Shown piece after piece: positions 47,701-57,630 of a stretch of 64,000 nucleotides of DNA (position 1 is the first letter of the stretch; every line of letters begins with the position of its first letter). The notes beneath the pieces were generated by a model, which did no database searches, had not been told where the DNA came from, and saw only the letters and a list, made by a program, of their open reading frames with translations. Where the stretch lies: the NCBI GenBank assembly GCA_965204735.1, contig OZ242008.1:2464001-2528000 (forward strand). The letters are read 5' to 3'. The stretch comes from Longimicrobiales bacterium. GTDB lineage: Bacteria; Gemmatimonadota; Gemmatimonadetes; Longimicrobiales; Gaopeijiaceae. Made by a program: the position numbers and the translations under genes.

Positions 47701-49212
47701 TTATCGCCCGGCGTCGGCGGACGGCTCGAGGGGACGGAGTTCGGCCAGCGCTTGGGCGGCCTGGTCCACCACTCGCCGAGCGGCGGCTTCGTCTCCGGCG
47801 TCCGCCGCCCCTGCCGGAGCTTCGGCGATGAGGCGCACCACTGGCTCGGTGCCCGACGGCCGGACGTGGAGCCAGCTGCGCGCCTCCGGCCACTCGATCC
47901 GGAGCCCGTCGCTCCGGTCCGTCCGGCCTTCGGGGAGACCCATCAGAAGGGCGTCGTACGCGGCGGGCAGGCTCTCCCTGCGGAAGCTCGTCTTCTCTTT
48001 GACGATTCGGTATGCGGGAAGCTGCGCGACGAGCGACGACGGAGTCCGACTCGCCGGCGCCGCAGCTGTCCCGGCTCCCGCCGGCTCTGCGGGCGCGAAG
48101 GGCGTCGCACCGCCTTCCGGCTCGCCGCCGTCCACCAGGCGCTGGAGGATCAACGCCGCCGCGGCCGCCGCGTCCCGGGTGTGGTGAAGCGCCGGCACGA
48201 TCACGCCTCCGTTGCCTTCCCCGCCCACCACGGCGCCTTCGGCGATCATCCGCGCCGCCACGTGTATCTCGCCCACCGGCGCCCGAACCACCGGACAGCC
48301 GTGGCGGGCGGCCGCGTCCTCCACCACCCGGCTGGTGGAGAGGTTCGCGACGACCGTCCCGGGGCGGCGGCGCAACACGACTTCGGCGGCCAGGGCCAGG
48401 GTCAGGTCCTCGCCCAGGGGGCGCCCCTCTTCGTCCACCAGCGACAGCCGATCCGCGTCCGGATCCACCGCGAAGCCCACCTGGGCGCCGGTCTCGCGGA
48501 CCAGCTCGCACAGCTCCCGCAGGTTCGCCGCGGTGGGTTCCGGGTCTCGGGGGAAACGGCCGTCGGGCGTCGCTCCGATCGCTTCCACCCGGCAGCCCAG
48601 CCGCTCCAGCAGCAGGGGCATGATCGCGTTGCCCGCGCCGTTCACGCAATCCAGGGCGACGGCGATCTTCGCGTCCCGGATCCGGTCGACGTCCAGGAAC
48701 GGAAGAGCCAGGATGCGCTCGAGGTGACGGGCGACCGCCCCGTCGTCGCGGTCGGCGTTGCGCAGCGCGTCCCAACGCGCCGGCGCCGGGTCGCGGGTGC
48801 GGAGGAACGTCATGAAGCGCTCCATGCGCTCCGGCGGCAAGAACGTTCCGGCCCCGACGGCGAGCTTGAGGGCGTTCCACTCGGCCGGGTTGTGGCTGGC
48901 CGTCACCACGATTCCCCCGGCGGCCCCGGCGTCCGCCACGGCCAGCAGCGCCGTCGGCGTCGGAACCACGCCCACTTCGGTGACCCGGCAGCCCGCCGAG
49001 AGGAGCCCCGCCACCACCGCCCGCTGGAGCATCGGCCCAGAGGTCCGAGTGTCGCGCCCCACCAGCACGGAGTCCCCGTCCCCCTCCTCCTGGAGAAAGC
49101 TGCCGTAGGCCGCCGCAAGGCCCGCGGCCAATCCGGGCCCGAGCGACTCCCCGACCTTCCCGCGGAAGCCGGAGACGCTGGCCATGAGGCCGGAGGGAAG
49201 GTGGACGGGCAT
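47701..49212 (-). CDS. glmM: Phosphoglucosamine mutase / phosphohexomutase
   Basis: SVSGFRG, VTASHNP, DPDADR, GGEGNGG, RPSGTEP; directly upstream of glmS. True start ATG 49212 within track ORF 47701..52497. Confidence 0.88.
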   Translation of the reverse strand: MPVHLPSGLMASVSGFRGKVGESLGPGLAAGLAAAYGSFLQEEGDGDSVLVGRDTRTSGPMLQRAVVAGLLSAGCRVTEVGVVPTPTALLAVADAGAAGGIVVTASHNPAEWNALKLAVGAGTFLPPERMERFMTFLRTRDPAPARWDALRNADRDDGAVARHLERILALPFLDVDRIRDAKIAVALDCVNGAGNAIMPLLLERLGCRVEAIGATPDGRFPRDPEPTAANLRELCELVRETGAQVGFAVDPDADRLSLVDEEGRPLGEDLTLALAAEVVLRRRPGTVVANLSTSRVVEDAAARHGCPVVRAPVGEIHVAARMIAEGAVVGGEGNGGVIVPALHHTRDAAAAAALILQRLVDGGEPEGGATPFAPAEPAGAGTAAAPASRTPSSLVAQLPAYRIVKEKTSFRRESLPAAYDALLMGLPEGRTDRSDGLRIEWPEARSWLHVRPSGTEPVVRLIAEAPAGAADAGDEAAARRVVDQAAQALAELRPLEPSADAGR

Positions 49213-49491
49213 GGGAGAAGCTAGCCGGGCGGGCGCCCGGCGGTCAAAGCTCGCGCAGCCGCGCCGACCGTCGCGCAAGCCGGGACAACGCCGCGGGCGC
49301 CGGGATCGGCGTCCAGAGCAGGTCGGCGGTCGATTGCGAGGATGGGCAACGCCGGGGGCGCCGGGATCGGCTAGATTGGAGGGCGGTCGGCCGCGACCGG
49401 CCGCCGGCGGTCGCCGCTCGCCGCGGTCGGCCGCCAGCTGGTTCGCCGTGGTCGGCCGCCACGTCTTCCTCCCGATGGAGCCGTTTCCGTC

Positions 49492-50694
49492 TTGACCCCC
49501 ACCGCCCCCTGCACTGGCTCCGAGGACCCGGTTCCGGCAGGCCGCGGCGCCGCCGACGCCTCGCGCTTCGCCACCCGTTGCGTCCACGCCGGCCAGGCGC
49601 CGGAGCCGACGACCGGCGCCATCACGACCCCGGTCTTCCAGACGTCCACCTACGTGCAGGAAGGCCTGGGCCGCCACCGGGGGTACGAGTACGCCCGCCT
49701 CCAGAACCCGACCCGGGAAGCGGCCGAGGCCAACATCGCGTCCCTCGAGGGCGCCGCCCACGGGATCGCCTTCTCCAGCGGGCTGGCGGCGTTCGAGTGC
49801 CTGGCGAAGACGGTCGCCGCCGGCGGCCACGTGGTCAGCGAGGAGAACACCTACGGAGGCACCACGCGGATGCTCACGCAGGTGCTCGCCCGCCTGGGCA
49901 TGGACGTCTCGCTCGTGGACTGCCGCGACCTGAACGCCGTGCGGACCGCTCTCCGCCCCGACACGCGGCTGGTGCTGGCCGAGACCCCGTCGAACCCCCT
50001 CATGCGGATCGCGGACGTCGCCGCCGTGGCCGAGACTGCGCATGGGGGCGGCGCCCTTCTCTGCGTGGACAACACGTTCGCGTCGCCCTTCAACCAGCGC
50101 CCTCTGGCCCTGGGCGCGGACGTGGTCGTCCACTCCACGACCAAGTACCTCAACGGCCACTCGGACGTGCTGGGCGGCATCCTCGTCCTCGACGACGACG
50201 CATTGGCCGACGAGCTGCGCTTCGTCCGCAAGTCCACCGGGCCCGTCCCCGGTCCCATGGACTCGTGGCTGACCTTGCGGGGCACGAAGACCCTGCACCT
50301 CCGCATGGAGCGCCACAACGAGAACGGCATGGCCGTCGCCCGCTTCCTGGAGGAGGCGCCGGCCGTGCGGGCCGTCCACTACCCCGGCTTGCCGTCCCAC
50401 CCGCAGCACGCCCTTGCCAGGCGCCAGATGAGCGGCTATTCGGGCATGCTGTCGGCCGACCTGGCGCCCGACGCGGCGAAGCGGCTGGTGGAGGGCACCC
50501 GCCTCTTCCGCTTGGCGGAAAGCCTGGGCGGCGTCGAGTCGATGATCTCGGTGCCCGCCGTCATGACGCACGCTTCGGTGCCCGAGGAAAGGCGGCGACG
50601 GATGGGAATCGGGAACGGCTTGGTGCGCTTCTCCGTAGGAATCGAGGACGCGAGGGACTTGCTGCGCGACTTGGAGCGGGCGCTGGACCCCTGA
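49492..50694 (+). CDS. Cystathionine gamma-lyase/synthase family PLP enzyme
   Basis: YARLQNPT, ETPSNP, VDNTF, HSTTKYLNGHSDV, LAESLGGVES. Confidence 0.93.
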   Translation: MTPTAPCTGSEDPVPAGRGAADASRFATRCVHAGQAPEPTTGAITTPVFQTSTYVQEGLGRHRGYEYARLQNPTREAAEANIASLEGAAHGIAFSSGLAAFECLAKTVAAGGHVVSEENTYGGTTRMLTQVLARLGMDVSLVDCRDLNAVRTALRPDTRLVLAETPSNPLMRIADVAAVAETAHGGGALLCVDNTFASPFNQRPLALGADVVVHSTTKYLNGHSDVLGGILVLDDDALADELRFVRKSTGPVPGPMDSWLTLRGTKTLHLRMERHNENGMAVARFLEEAPAVRAVHYPGLPSHPQHALARRQMSGYSGMLSADLAPDAAKRLVEGTRLFRLAESLGGVESMISVPAVMTHASVPEERRRRMGIGNGLVRFSVGIEDARDLLRDLERALDP

Positions 50695-50781
50695 CGGGGA
50701 ACCGAACGGAGCCGAGCCGGCCCGGGCGCCGGGACCCACGCGGCCGCTGTCGGCAAGCGGCCCCCAACGACAAGGACGACG

Positions 50782-51774
50782 ATGGCCACGGACGATCACG
50801 GCAGCGACGGCGACGCCCCCGCAACCCGCATCCTCACGGACATCTCCTCTCGGGCGTGGGAGCACAGCGCCGACCGGGCCGCCCTGGCCGCCCTTCGCAG
50901 GCTCCCGCTCTTCGACCAAGTGCTGCGCACGCTCTTCGGCTTCTTCGGCGAGAAGCCGATCCGGCTGGCGTTCCAGGCCAACGCGGTCCGCGTGGGGCCC
51001 AATCAGTTTCCCCGCATCTGGTCCCTCTACGAAGACGTCTGCCGGACGCTGGACGCGCCCAAGCGCTACCCTCTGCTCATCTCCCAGAACCCGGTCGTGA
51101 ACGCCGGCGCCTACGGAATGGAGGAGCCCTTCATCATCCTCAACTCCGGCGCCATCCAGCTGCTGGACGATCGCCAGGTGGCCTACGTGCTGGGACACGA
51201 GGTGGGGCACGTGCTGAGCGACCACGTGCTCTACCGCACGATGACCGAACTGCTGATCCGGCTTGCGGGGCTGGGGTTCCCCATCGTGGGAATCGCCGCT
51301 CGGGCGATCCTCGTCGGGCTGCTGGAGTGGTCGCGCAAGGCCGAGCTCTCGGCGGACCGAGCCGGGCTGCTGGCGCTCCAGGACCCGACCGAGGTCATGG
51401 GCACGATGCTCAAGATGGCCGGCGGCGGAAAGGACGAGGAGACCTCGCTGGCCGAGTTCATCCGGCAAGCAGAGGAGTACCGGGCGTCGGGCGACATGGC
51501 GGACCAGGTCTTCAAGGTCTTGAACCTGCTGGGGCAGAGCCATCCGTTCTGGGTCCTGCGGGTGTCGGAGCTCCGCGCGTGGATCGAGGAAGGCGCATAC
51601 GACCGGGTGGTCCGCGGCGACTACCAGCGCCGAGGCGAACCGGACCCGGCGTACAAGGAAGACTTGGCCGAGGCCGCCGGCGCCTACCGGGAGGGCGCAA
51701 AGGACTTCTTCGGCCAGATGGCGGGCGCCGCCCGGCGCGTCGGCGAGAACTTCCGCGACTCCTTCCGCAAGTGA
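50782..51774 (+). CDS. M48 family zinc metallopeptidase
   Basis: VNAGAYG, LGHEVGH, AELSADRAG, SHP. Confidence 0.9.
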   Translation: MATDDHGSDGDAPATRILTDISSRAWEHSADRAALAALRRLPLFDQVLRTLFGFFGEKPIRLAFQANAVRVGPNQFPRIWSLYEDVCRTLDAPKRYPLLISQNPVVNAGAYGMEEPFIILNSGAIQLLDDRQVAYVLGHEVGHVLSDHVLYRTMTELLIRLAGLGFPIVGIAARAILVGLLEWSRKAELSADRAGLLALQDPTEVMGTMLKMAGGGKDEETSLAEFIRQAEEYRASGDMADQVFKVLNLLGQSHPFWVLRVSELRAWIEEGAYDRVVRGDYQRRGEPDPAYKEDLAEAAGAYREGAKDFFGQMAGAARRVGENFRDSFRK

Positions 51775-51826
51775 GGAAGCCGTCGGGCGGCGGACGACCC
51801 GGCGCCCCGTCGCGGGCTTCCGCCTG

Positions 51827-53146
51827 ATGCGCATCTTGATCGTCGGCGCCGGCGGCCGGGAGCACGCGCTGCTTTGGAAGCTTCGGAAGGACGCCCCGGA
51901 CGCGGCCTTCTTTGCAACCCGCCCCAACGGGGGGATGGCCGGGCTGTGCACCGCGGTGGACCTTTCGCCGGACGACGTGGGGGGCGTCGCGGCGTGGGCC
52001 GCCCGGGCGCGGATCGACTTGGCGGTGATCGGCCCCGAGGCGCCCTTGGCCGCGGGCGTGTCGGACCAGCTGGCGGGCGCGGGCACGCCGGTCTTCGGGC
52101 CGTCGGCGGGGGCGGCCCGGATCGAGTCCAGCAAGGCGTTCGCAAAGGACCTGATGCGCGACGCGGGAGTGCCCACCGCCCGGTATCGGGTCCACTCGGA
52201 GCCGGAGGCCGCCGAGGCCCACATTCGGTCGGTGGGCGCCCCGGTGGTGGTGAAGGCGTCGGGGCTGGCGGCCGGGAAGGGCGCCGTGGTGTGCGGCTCG
52301 GTGGAGGAAGCGGCGGAGACGGCGCGGCGGATGCTCGGCGGAGCGTTCGGGTCGGCAGGCGCGCAAGTGGTCGTCGAGGAGTGCATGGAGGGCGAGGAGC
52401 TCTCGGTGTTCTGCATCGTCGACGGGGAGGCGTTCGCGACGATGCTGCCCTCGCAGGACCACAAGCAGATCGGCGAGGGCGACACGGGACCGAACACTGG
52501 CGGGATGGGCGCCTATGCGCCGGTGGGCTTCGTCACCGAAGCGCTGCTGGCGGAGGTGGGCGAACGGATCGTGGCGCCGACGCTGCGGGCGCTCGCCGAG
52601 TCCGGCTCTCCCTTCCGCGGGCTCCTCTACGCCGGCCTGATGATCACCGCCGAAGGTCCCAAGGTGGTGGAGTTCAACTGCCGCTTCGGCGACCCGGAAA
52701 CCCAGGCGGTGCTGCCGCTGCTCGATTCGTCGCTCTTGGAGCCGATGCTGGCGGTGGCCGAGGGGAGCGGGCTGAAGGGCCATGCGCCCGTCTTCCGCGA
52801 CGCCGCGGCGGTCGCCACCGTGGTCGCGGCCGACGGGTACCCGGGACCTTGTCCCAAGGGCCTGCCGATCTCCATTCCCTCGCTCCCAGGGGTCCACGTC
52901 TTTCATGCGGGAACCGTGACGGGCCCCGCGCCGGGCAGCTTCGCGACCTCGGGGGGCCGGGTCCTGGCAGTCACGGCGGTGGATCGGGACTTCGAGGCGG
53001 CTCGCGACGCCAGCCGAGCGGCCGCCGAAGCGGTGGAGTTCGAGGGCAAGCGCTTCCGGCGCGACATCGGCTGGCGCGAGTCGCGGCGCCGGCTGGGGCG
53101 CCCTGCAACCGAGTCGCAGGGCCGGCGCCCGCGTCCGCGCATGTAG
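51827..53146 (+). CDS. purD: Phosphoribosylamine--glycine ligase
   Basis: GGREHAL, IGPEAPL, GLAAGKG, GPNTGGMGAY, EFNCRFGDPETQ. Confidence 0.97.
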   Translation: MRILIVGAGGREHALLWKLRKDAPDAAFFATRPNGGMAGLCTAVDLSPDDVGGVAAWAARARIDLAVIGPEAPLAAGVSDQLAGAGTPVFGPSAGAARIESSKAFAKDLMRDAGVPTARYRVHSEPEAAEAHIRSVGAPVVVKASGLAAGKGAVVCGSVEEAAETARRMLGGAFGSAGAQVVVEECMEGEELSVFCIVDGEAFATMLPSQDHKQIGEGDTGPNTGGMGAYAPVGFVTEALLAEVGERIVAPTLRALAESGSPFRGLLYAGLMITAEGPKVVEFNCRFGDPETQAVLPLLDSSLLEPMLAVAEGSGLKGHAPVFRDAAAVATVVAADGYPGPCPKGLPISIPSLPGVHVFHAGTVTGPAPGSFATSGGRVLAVTAVDRDFEAARDASRAAAEAVEFEGKRFRRDIGWRESRRRLGRPATESQGRRPRPRM

Positions 53147-53191
53147 ATACGCCGACCCGAACCGTCAAGCCCCAACGAGAGGAGACCATCT

Positions 53192-53512
53192 ATGACCATC
53201 ACGACCACGCCCACACTCCAGGGCCGGCCGATCCGCGAATACCTGGGGATCGTTACGGGCGAAGCGATCATCGGCGCCAACATCTTCAAGGACCTTCTGG
53301 CTGGCATCCGCGACATCGTGGGCGGCCGCTCCGGCGCCTACGAGGACGCCCTGCGCACGGCCCGGGAGCACGCCCTGCGGGAGATGTCGCACGAGGCCGC
53401 GGCCCGGGGCGCCGAGGCCGTCGTGGGGGTGGACCTGGACTACGAGGTCCTGGGGTCCGGCCAAGGGATGCTCATGGTGACGGCCTGCGGCACCGCAGTC
53501 GCCTTGGAGTAG
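53192..53512 (+). CDS. YbjQ/UPF0145 family protein
   Basis: [35 protein letters not shown]. Confidence 0.93.
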   Translation: MTITTTPTLQGRPIREYLGIVTGEAIIGANIFKDLLAGIRDIVGGRSGAYEDALRTAREHALREMSHEAAARGAEAVVGVDLDYEVLGSGQGMLMVTACGTAVALE

Positions 53513-53515
53513 GCC

Positions 53516-54403
53516 GTGCCCGAGCTTCCCGAGGCCGAGACGATCGCGCGGGGGCTGAATCGGGTCCTTCCGGGCCGGGTCGTGGCCCGGGTCTCGGTGC
53601 TCCGGGAGGACGTGGTGGACGGCCCGGCGGACGGCCTTGCAGCCGCCGTCGAAGGAAAGCGCTTCGGCGCCGCCGGCCGACGGGGCAAGAACGTGGTGCT
53701 CTCGCTCGGCGACTCGTCGCGGGTCGTGGTGAACCTGGGCATGACGGGCCGCCTGCTTCCCGATCGGGCCGCGAGCACCCACCCGGCCGTGCTCTTTCGC
53801 CTGGAGGACGGCGGCTTCCTCGTCTACGACGACGCGCGCCGCTTCGGCCGAGTGGCCTTTCTGGCCGCGCCCGAGTGGCGGCGCTGGTCCCGAAGCCTGG
53901 GGCCCGAGCCCCTGGCGCGGTCCTTCACCGCCAAGCGGCTCCACGGCATCTTGGCCCGCTCCCGGTCGCCCGTGCGCAACCTGCTCCTCGACCAGAAGCG
54001 GATCGCCGGCGTCGGCAACATCTACGCCGTCGAAGCGCTCTGGGCGGCCCGGATCCATCCGCGCACTCCTGCCGACGCCGTCGATCCCCCGTCCGCGGCC
54101 CGCCTGCACCGCGCGTTGCGCAAGGTCCTGCGCGACGCCATCCGCGCCCGGGGCACCACGCTTCGCGACTACCGCACGGCCGACGGCGCAGAGGGCGGAT
54201 TCGGCCCCGAGCTGCGCGCCTACGGACGCGCCGGCGAGCCCTGCGCTCGCTGCCGCGCGCCGATCCGCAGGGCCGTCTTCACCGGCCGATCCGCCTTCCA
54301 CTGTCCTCGCTGCCAGGGCGCCGGCCACGATCTCCGCTCGATCCACCCCATGGCCAGGCCCGTCCGTCCGGCGGCTCGGCTCGGCGGAGAAGCGCCGCGG
54401 TGA
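53516..54403 (+). CDS. mutM: Formamidopyrimidine-DNA glycosylase
   Basis: PELPEAET, RRGK, LGMTG, LLDQKRIAGVGNIY, CARC...CPRCQ zinc finger. Confidence 0.96.
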   Translation: MPELPEAETIARGLNRVLPGRVVARVSVLREDVVDGPADGLAAAVEGKRFGAAGRRGKNVVLSLGDSSRVVVNLGMTGRLLPDRAASTHPAVLFRLEDGGFLVYDDARRFGRVAFLAAPEWRRWSRSLGPEPLARSFTAKRLHGILARSRSPVRNLLLDQKRIAGVGNIYAVEALWAARIHPRTPADAVDPPSAARLHRALRKVLRDAIRARGTTLRDYRTADGAEGGFGPELRAYGRAGEPCARCRAPIRRAVFTGRSAFHCPRCQGAGHDLRSIHPMARPVRPAARLGGEAPR

Positions 54404-55914
54404 AGTCGGGTCTCCCTGCCCCGGCGGCTTTGCTGGCGGCCCTGCCCGCCCTGGCGGCCCTCGGCCAACCCGGCCCGTCCCGGTCGGGCCCCTCTCCCGG
54501 CGAGACGCTCCCGGTGGTGCGCCACGTCCTGTCCAACGGGATGACCTTCCTCGTCCTGGAGCGCCGCCAGTCCCCCACCGTGGCCTTGGTCCTCCACTAC
54601 CCGGTGGGGTCGGTCAACGAGCGCCTGGGCAACACCGGGATCGCCCACGTGCTCGAGCACATGATGTTCAAGGGATCGAGCGAGATCGGCGTCACGGACC
54701 CTGCCCGCGAGGCGGTCCTTCTCGACGCCATGGACGCGGCCCACGACACGCTGCTTCTGGAGCAGGCGGCGCCGCGTCCGGACTCTGCCCGCCTGCGGCG
54801 CTTGCGGCGGTCGATCGGCGCGCTGGAGGACCAGGCTCGCGCTCTGGTCGTGCCCAACGAGTTCGACCGCATCCTCTCGGCGGAAGGCGCCCGGGGCCTC
54901 AACGCCGTCACCAGCCACGAGTCGACGCGCTACTTCGTCGAGCTTCCCGCCAACCGGACGGAGCTGTGGTTCGCGCTGGAGTCGAACCGAATGGCCGATC
55001 CCGTCTTCCGCGAGTTCCACACCGAGCTGGACGTGGTGAAGGAAGAGCGCCGCCTGCGACTGGAGACCAGCCCCGGGGGCGTGCTGGAGAGCGCCTTCCT
55101 GGCCACCGCCTTCCAGGTCCACCCCTACGGCGTCCCCGTCGCCGGACACGCCTCCGACCTGGCGACGCTGACCCGACGGCAGAGCCGAGCGTACTTCCGG
55201 AGCTACTACGGGCCCCGCAACGCCGTCGCCGCCGTGGTGGGAGACGTGGACGCGGAGCAGATACGCGCGTGGGCCGAGGAGTACTTCGGCGCGCTCCCCG
55301 GCGGGCGACGGGCGCCGCCCGTCACCGCGCGAGAACCCCCGCAAGCGGGCGAACGCCGGATCGTGGTGGAGTTCGACGCCGAGCCCCGGTTGATGATCGG
55401 CTGGCGCGCCGTCTCCGGCGCTCACGAGGACGCCCCGGCGTTGCGGATGCTGGCATCCGTCCTCACCGGCGGCCGAACGACGCGTCTCTACCGGCGGCTG
55501 GTCGCCGGAGACCGGTCCGCAGTTCACGTCGCCGCCTACCTGGGACCAGGGTTCGCCCATCCAGGTCTCTTCATGCTGTCGGCGGTGCCTCGGGCGCCTC
55601 ACGGCCCAGCGGAACTCGAAGCTTCCGTCTACGAGGAGATCGACCGCCTCAAGGCGGCGCCCCCCGAACCCGCGGCGCTGGTCCGAATCAGGAACCAAGT
55701 CAGGGCCGGCGAGCTTCGGCGGCTCGCGTCCAACTTGGCGCTGGCCCAGCAGCTCGCCGAGTCGGAAGCCTCTCTGGGCGACTGGCGGCAGACCTTCTTC
55801 GATTCCCGCCGGATCCTGGACGTGACCCCGGCGGACGTCCAGCGGGCGGCCCGCAAGTATCTGGTCTCCCGGACCCGGACGGTGGCCGTCATGAAGCGAG
55901 CGCCGCCTCCGTGA
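54400..55914 (+). CDS. M16B zinc peptidase, catalytic subunit
   Basis: Signal peptide; GIAHVLEHMMFKG (HxxEH); VVKEERR. Confidence 0.92.
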   Translation: MKSGLPAPAALLAALPALAALGQPGPSRSGPSPGETLPVVRHVLSNGMTFLVLERRQSPTVALVLHYPVGSVNERLGNTGIAHVLEHMMFKGSSEIGVTDPAREAVLLDAMDAAHDTLLLEQAAPRPDSARLRRLRRSIGALEDQARALVVPNEFDRILSAEGARGLNAVTSHESTRYFVELPANRTELWFALESNRMADPVFREFHTELDVVKEERRLRLETSPGGVLESAFLATAFQVHPYGVPVAGHASDLATLTRRQSRAYFRSYYGPRNAVAAVVGDVDAEQIRAWAEEYFGALPGGRRAPPVTAREPPQAGERRIVVEFDAEPRLMIGWRAVSGAHEDAPALRMLASVLTGGRTTRLYRRLVAGDRSAVHVAAYLGPGFAHPGLFMLSAVPRAPHGPAELEASVYEEIDRLKAAPPEPAALVRIRNQVRAGELRRLASNLALAQQLAESEASLGDWRQTFFDSRRILDVTPADVQRAARKYLVSRTRTVAVMKRAPPP

Positions 55915-57536
55915 CCACGAAGGCCGTTCGTCGGACCGACGCCGGCGCCGTCCGCTGCGGGGTCCGCGCCGTCTTCGCATCCGCGACCTGGGCAGCCCTC
56001 GCGGCGGCCGCGTGGCTCGCCCTCGCGGCGGCCGCGTGGCTCGCCCTCGCCGTGGCGACGCTCCCCGTCGCCGCCCAGCGCTCGGACGCGGGCGAGTCGG
56101 CCGCGTCCCGCAACTCCGTGCGAGAGCGCATCGCCGCCCTCCGCTACCCCCAGCTTCGGTTCACGCCCCTTCGAGCGGAAGCTGCCGAGGTCAAGGGCGT
56201 CCCCGTGTACTTCGTCCAGGACCCGCAGCTGCCGCTGGTCACCTTCTACGCAGCGTTCAGGGGAGGGGCGGGCCGCTTCCCGCGAGAGCACCTCGCCGCG
56301 GCCACCGGGATGCCCGCCCTTCTGCGGACCGGCGGCACGGTCGAACTGCCGCCCGACGAGGTGGACGACCGGATCGAGATGCTCGCCCTTTCGATGAGCT
56401 TCGGCCAAGGCGCCGGCGGAGCGTCCTCCTGGGTCAACGCCCTGGTGGAGCACGCCGACGAAGCAGTCGCCCTGTGGTCCGACATGCTGCGCCGTCCCCG
56501 CTTCGACTCGGCCCAGGTCGAGCAGTGGCGCGGCGCCGAGCTGGAGCGGGTGCGCCGCCGCTCGGACGACCCGGCCTCGCTGGCCTTCCAGCTCTTCAAC
56601 CACATCATGTACGGCGACCACCCGGTGGGATGGACGACCGGACCCGCCGACCTGACGCCCGACGCCCTCTCACCGGAGCGGCTTCGGTTCGTCCACGAAG
56701 CCGTCTTCTGCACGGACAACATGACCCTCGGCGCAGCCGGCGCCGTGGACCGGGACCGCGCCCTGGAGCTTCTGGAGAGGATGCTGGACGGCTGGCCGTC
56801 GTGCCCGGGCCCGCTGCCCGACGAGCCGGTCCCCGATATCCGGCGGGCGCCGGGCGTCTTCGTGCGTCACAAGGAGATCGAGCAGAGCGTCTTGGTCATG
56901 GCTCACGCGTCTTCGCTGCGGCGGTCGGACTCCCCGGAGTACTTCGCCTCACGCGTCGGCAACTCGGTTCTCGGAGCTTCGGGCTTGTCGAGCCGCCTCT
57001 CGACCGTCCTGCGCACCCGGGAGGGGCTGGCTTACGGCGCCTCGTCGCTGTGGACGACTCCGGCGACGCACGACGGATTGGTGGGCGCCGTCACCCGCAC
57101 CAAGCCCGAGAGCACTCTCGCCGCCGCCCGCCTCCTTCTGGCGGAGATCGATTCGGTCGGCGCGGCGCCGCTGGAGGAAGAGGAGGTCGCCCTCGCGATC
57201 GACGAGGTGGTCAACGGCTTCGTCTTCAACTTCCAGACCCCGTTTCAAGTCGTGGCCCGCCAGATGACCTACCGCAGCCTCGGCCTGCCCGCGAACTGGC
57301 TGGAGCGCTACCTGGCCGGCGTGCGCGAGGTGACGCCGGCCGCCGTTCAGCAGGTGTACCGGAGAGAAGTCGACTCGTCGCGGATGACGATCCTGCTGGT
57401 CGGCGACACATCCCGGTTCGACGGCTCCCCTTCGGAACTGGGACCCGTAGAGGCGCTGGGCACGGCCCCCGCCCCGCCTTCGCGTCCTCAAGAAGCGCCG
57501 CTGCGGCCCGGCCGACAACAGGCCCCCTGTCGTTGA
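55911..57536 (+). CDS. M16B peptidase, non-catalytic partner subunit
   Basis: No HxxEH; SRLSTVLRTREGLAYG (R/Y pair); coupled to the upstream M16 gene. Confidence 0.88.
   Translation: MTTKAVRRTDAGAVRCGVRAVFASATWAALAAAAWLALAAAAWLALAVATLPVAAQRSDAGESAASRNSVRERIAALRYPQLRFTPLRAEAAEVKGVPVYFVQDPQLPLVTFYAAFRGGAGRFPREHLAAATGMPALLRTGGTVELPPDEVDDRIEMLALSMSFGQGAGGASSWVNALVEHADEAVALWSDMLRRPRFDSAQVEQWRGAELERVRRRSDDPASLAFQLFNHIMYGDHPVGWTTGPADLTPDALSPERLRFVHEAVFCTDNMTLGAAGAVDRDRALELLERMLDGWPSCPGPLPDEPVPDIRRAPGVFVRHKEIEQSVLVMAHASSLRRSDSPEYFASRVGNSVLGASGLSSRLSTVLRTREGLAYGASSLWTTPATHDGLVGAVTRTKPESTLAAARLLLAEIDSVGAAPLEEEEVALAIDEVVNGFVFNFQTPFQVVARQMTYRSLGLPANWLERYLAGVREVTPAAVQQVYRREVDSSRMTILLVGDTSRFDGSPSELGPVEALGTAPAPPSRPQEAPLRPGRQQAPCR
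55989..56060. repeat. 24-bp tandem repeat x3 in the signal peptide
   Basis: WAALAAAA WLALAAAA WLALAVAT. Confidence 0.8.
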
Positions 57537-57630
57537 CGGGGAACGTACCTTGTCTGTCGTCGGTGCGCCCCGGCGCCGTCTTCGCGCAAAGGCCCCGCGC
57601 CACGATCCTCCGGAGGAAGCAAGCGAGTCG

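Noticed and set aside
49213..49491. Riboswitch or ribozyme between glmM and the Cys/Met enzyme
   Set aside because: GC-rich palindromic text only; I could not recognise SAM-riboswitch or glmS-ribozyme consensus. An Infernal/Rfam scan would settle it.
49213..52497. 1598-aa extended glmM ORF
   Set aside because: The upstream part is antisense to the PLP enzyme, M48 peptidase and purD genes; phosphomutase similarity begins at ATG 49212.
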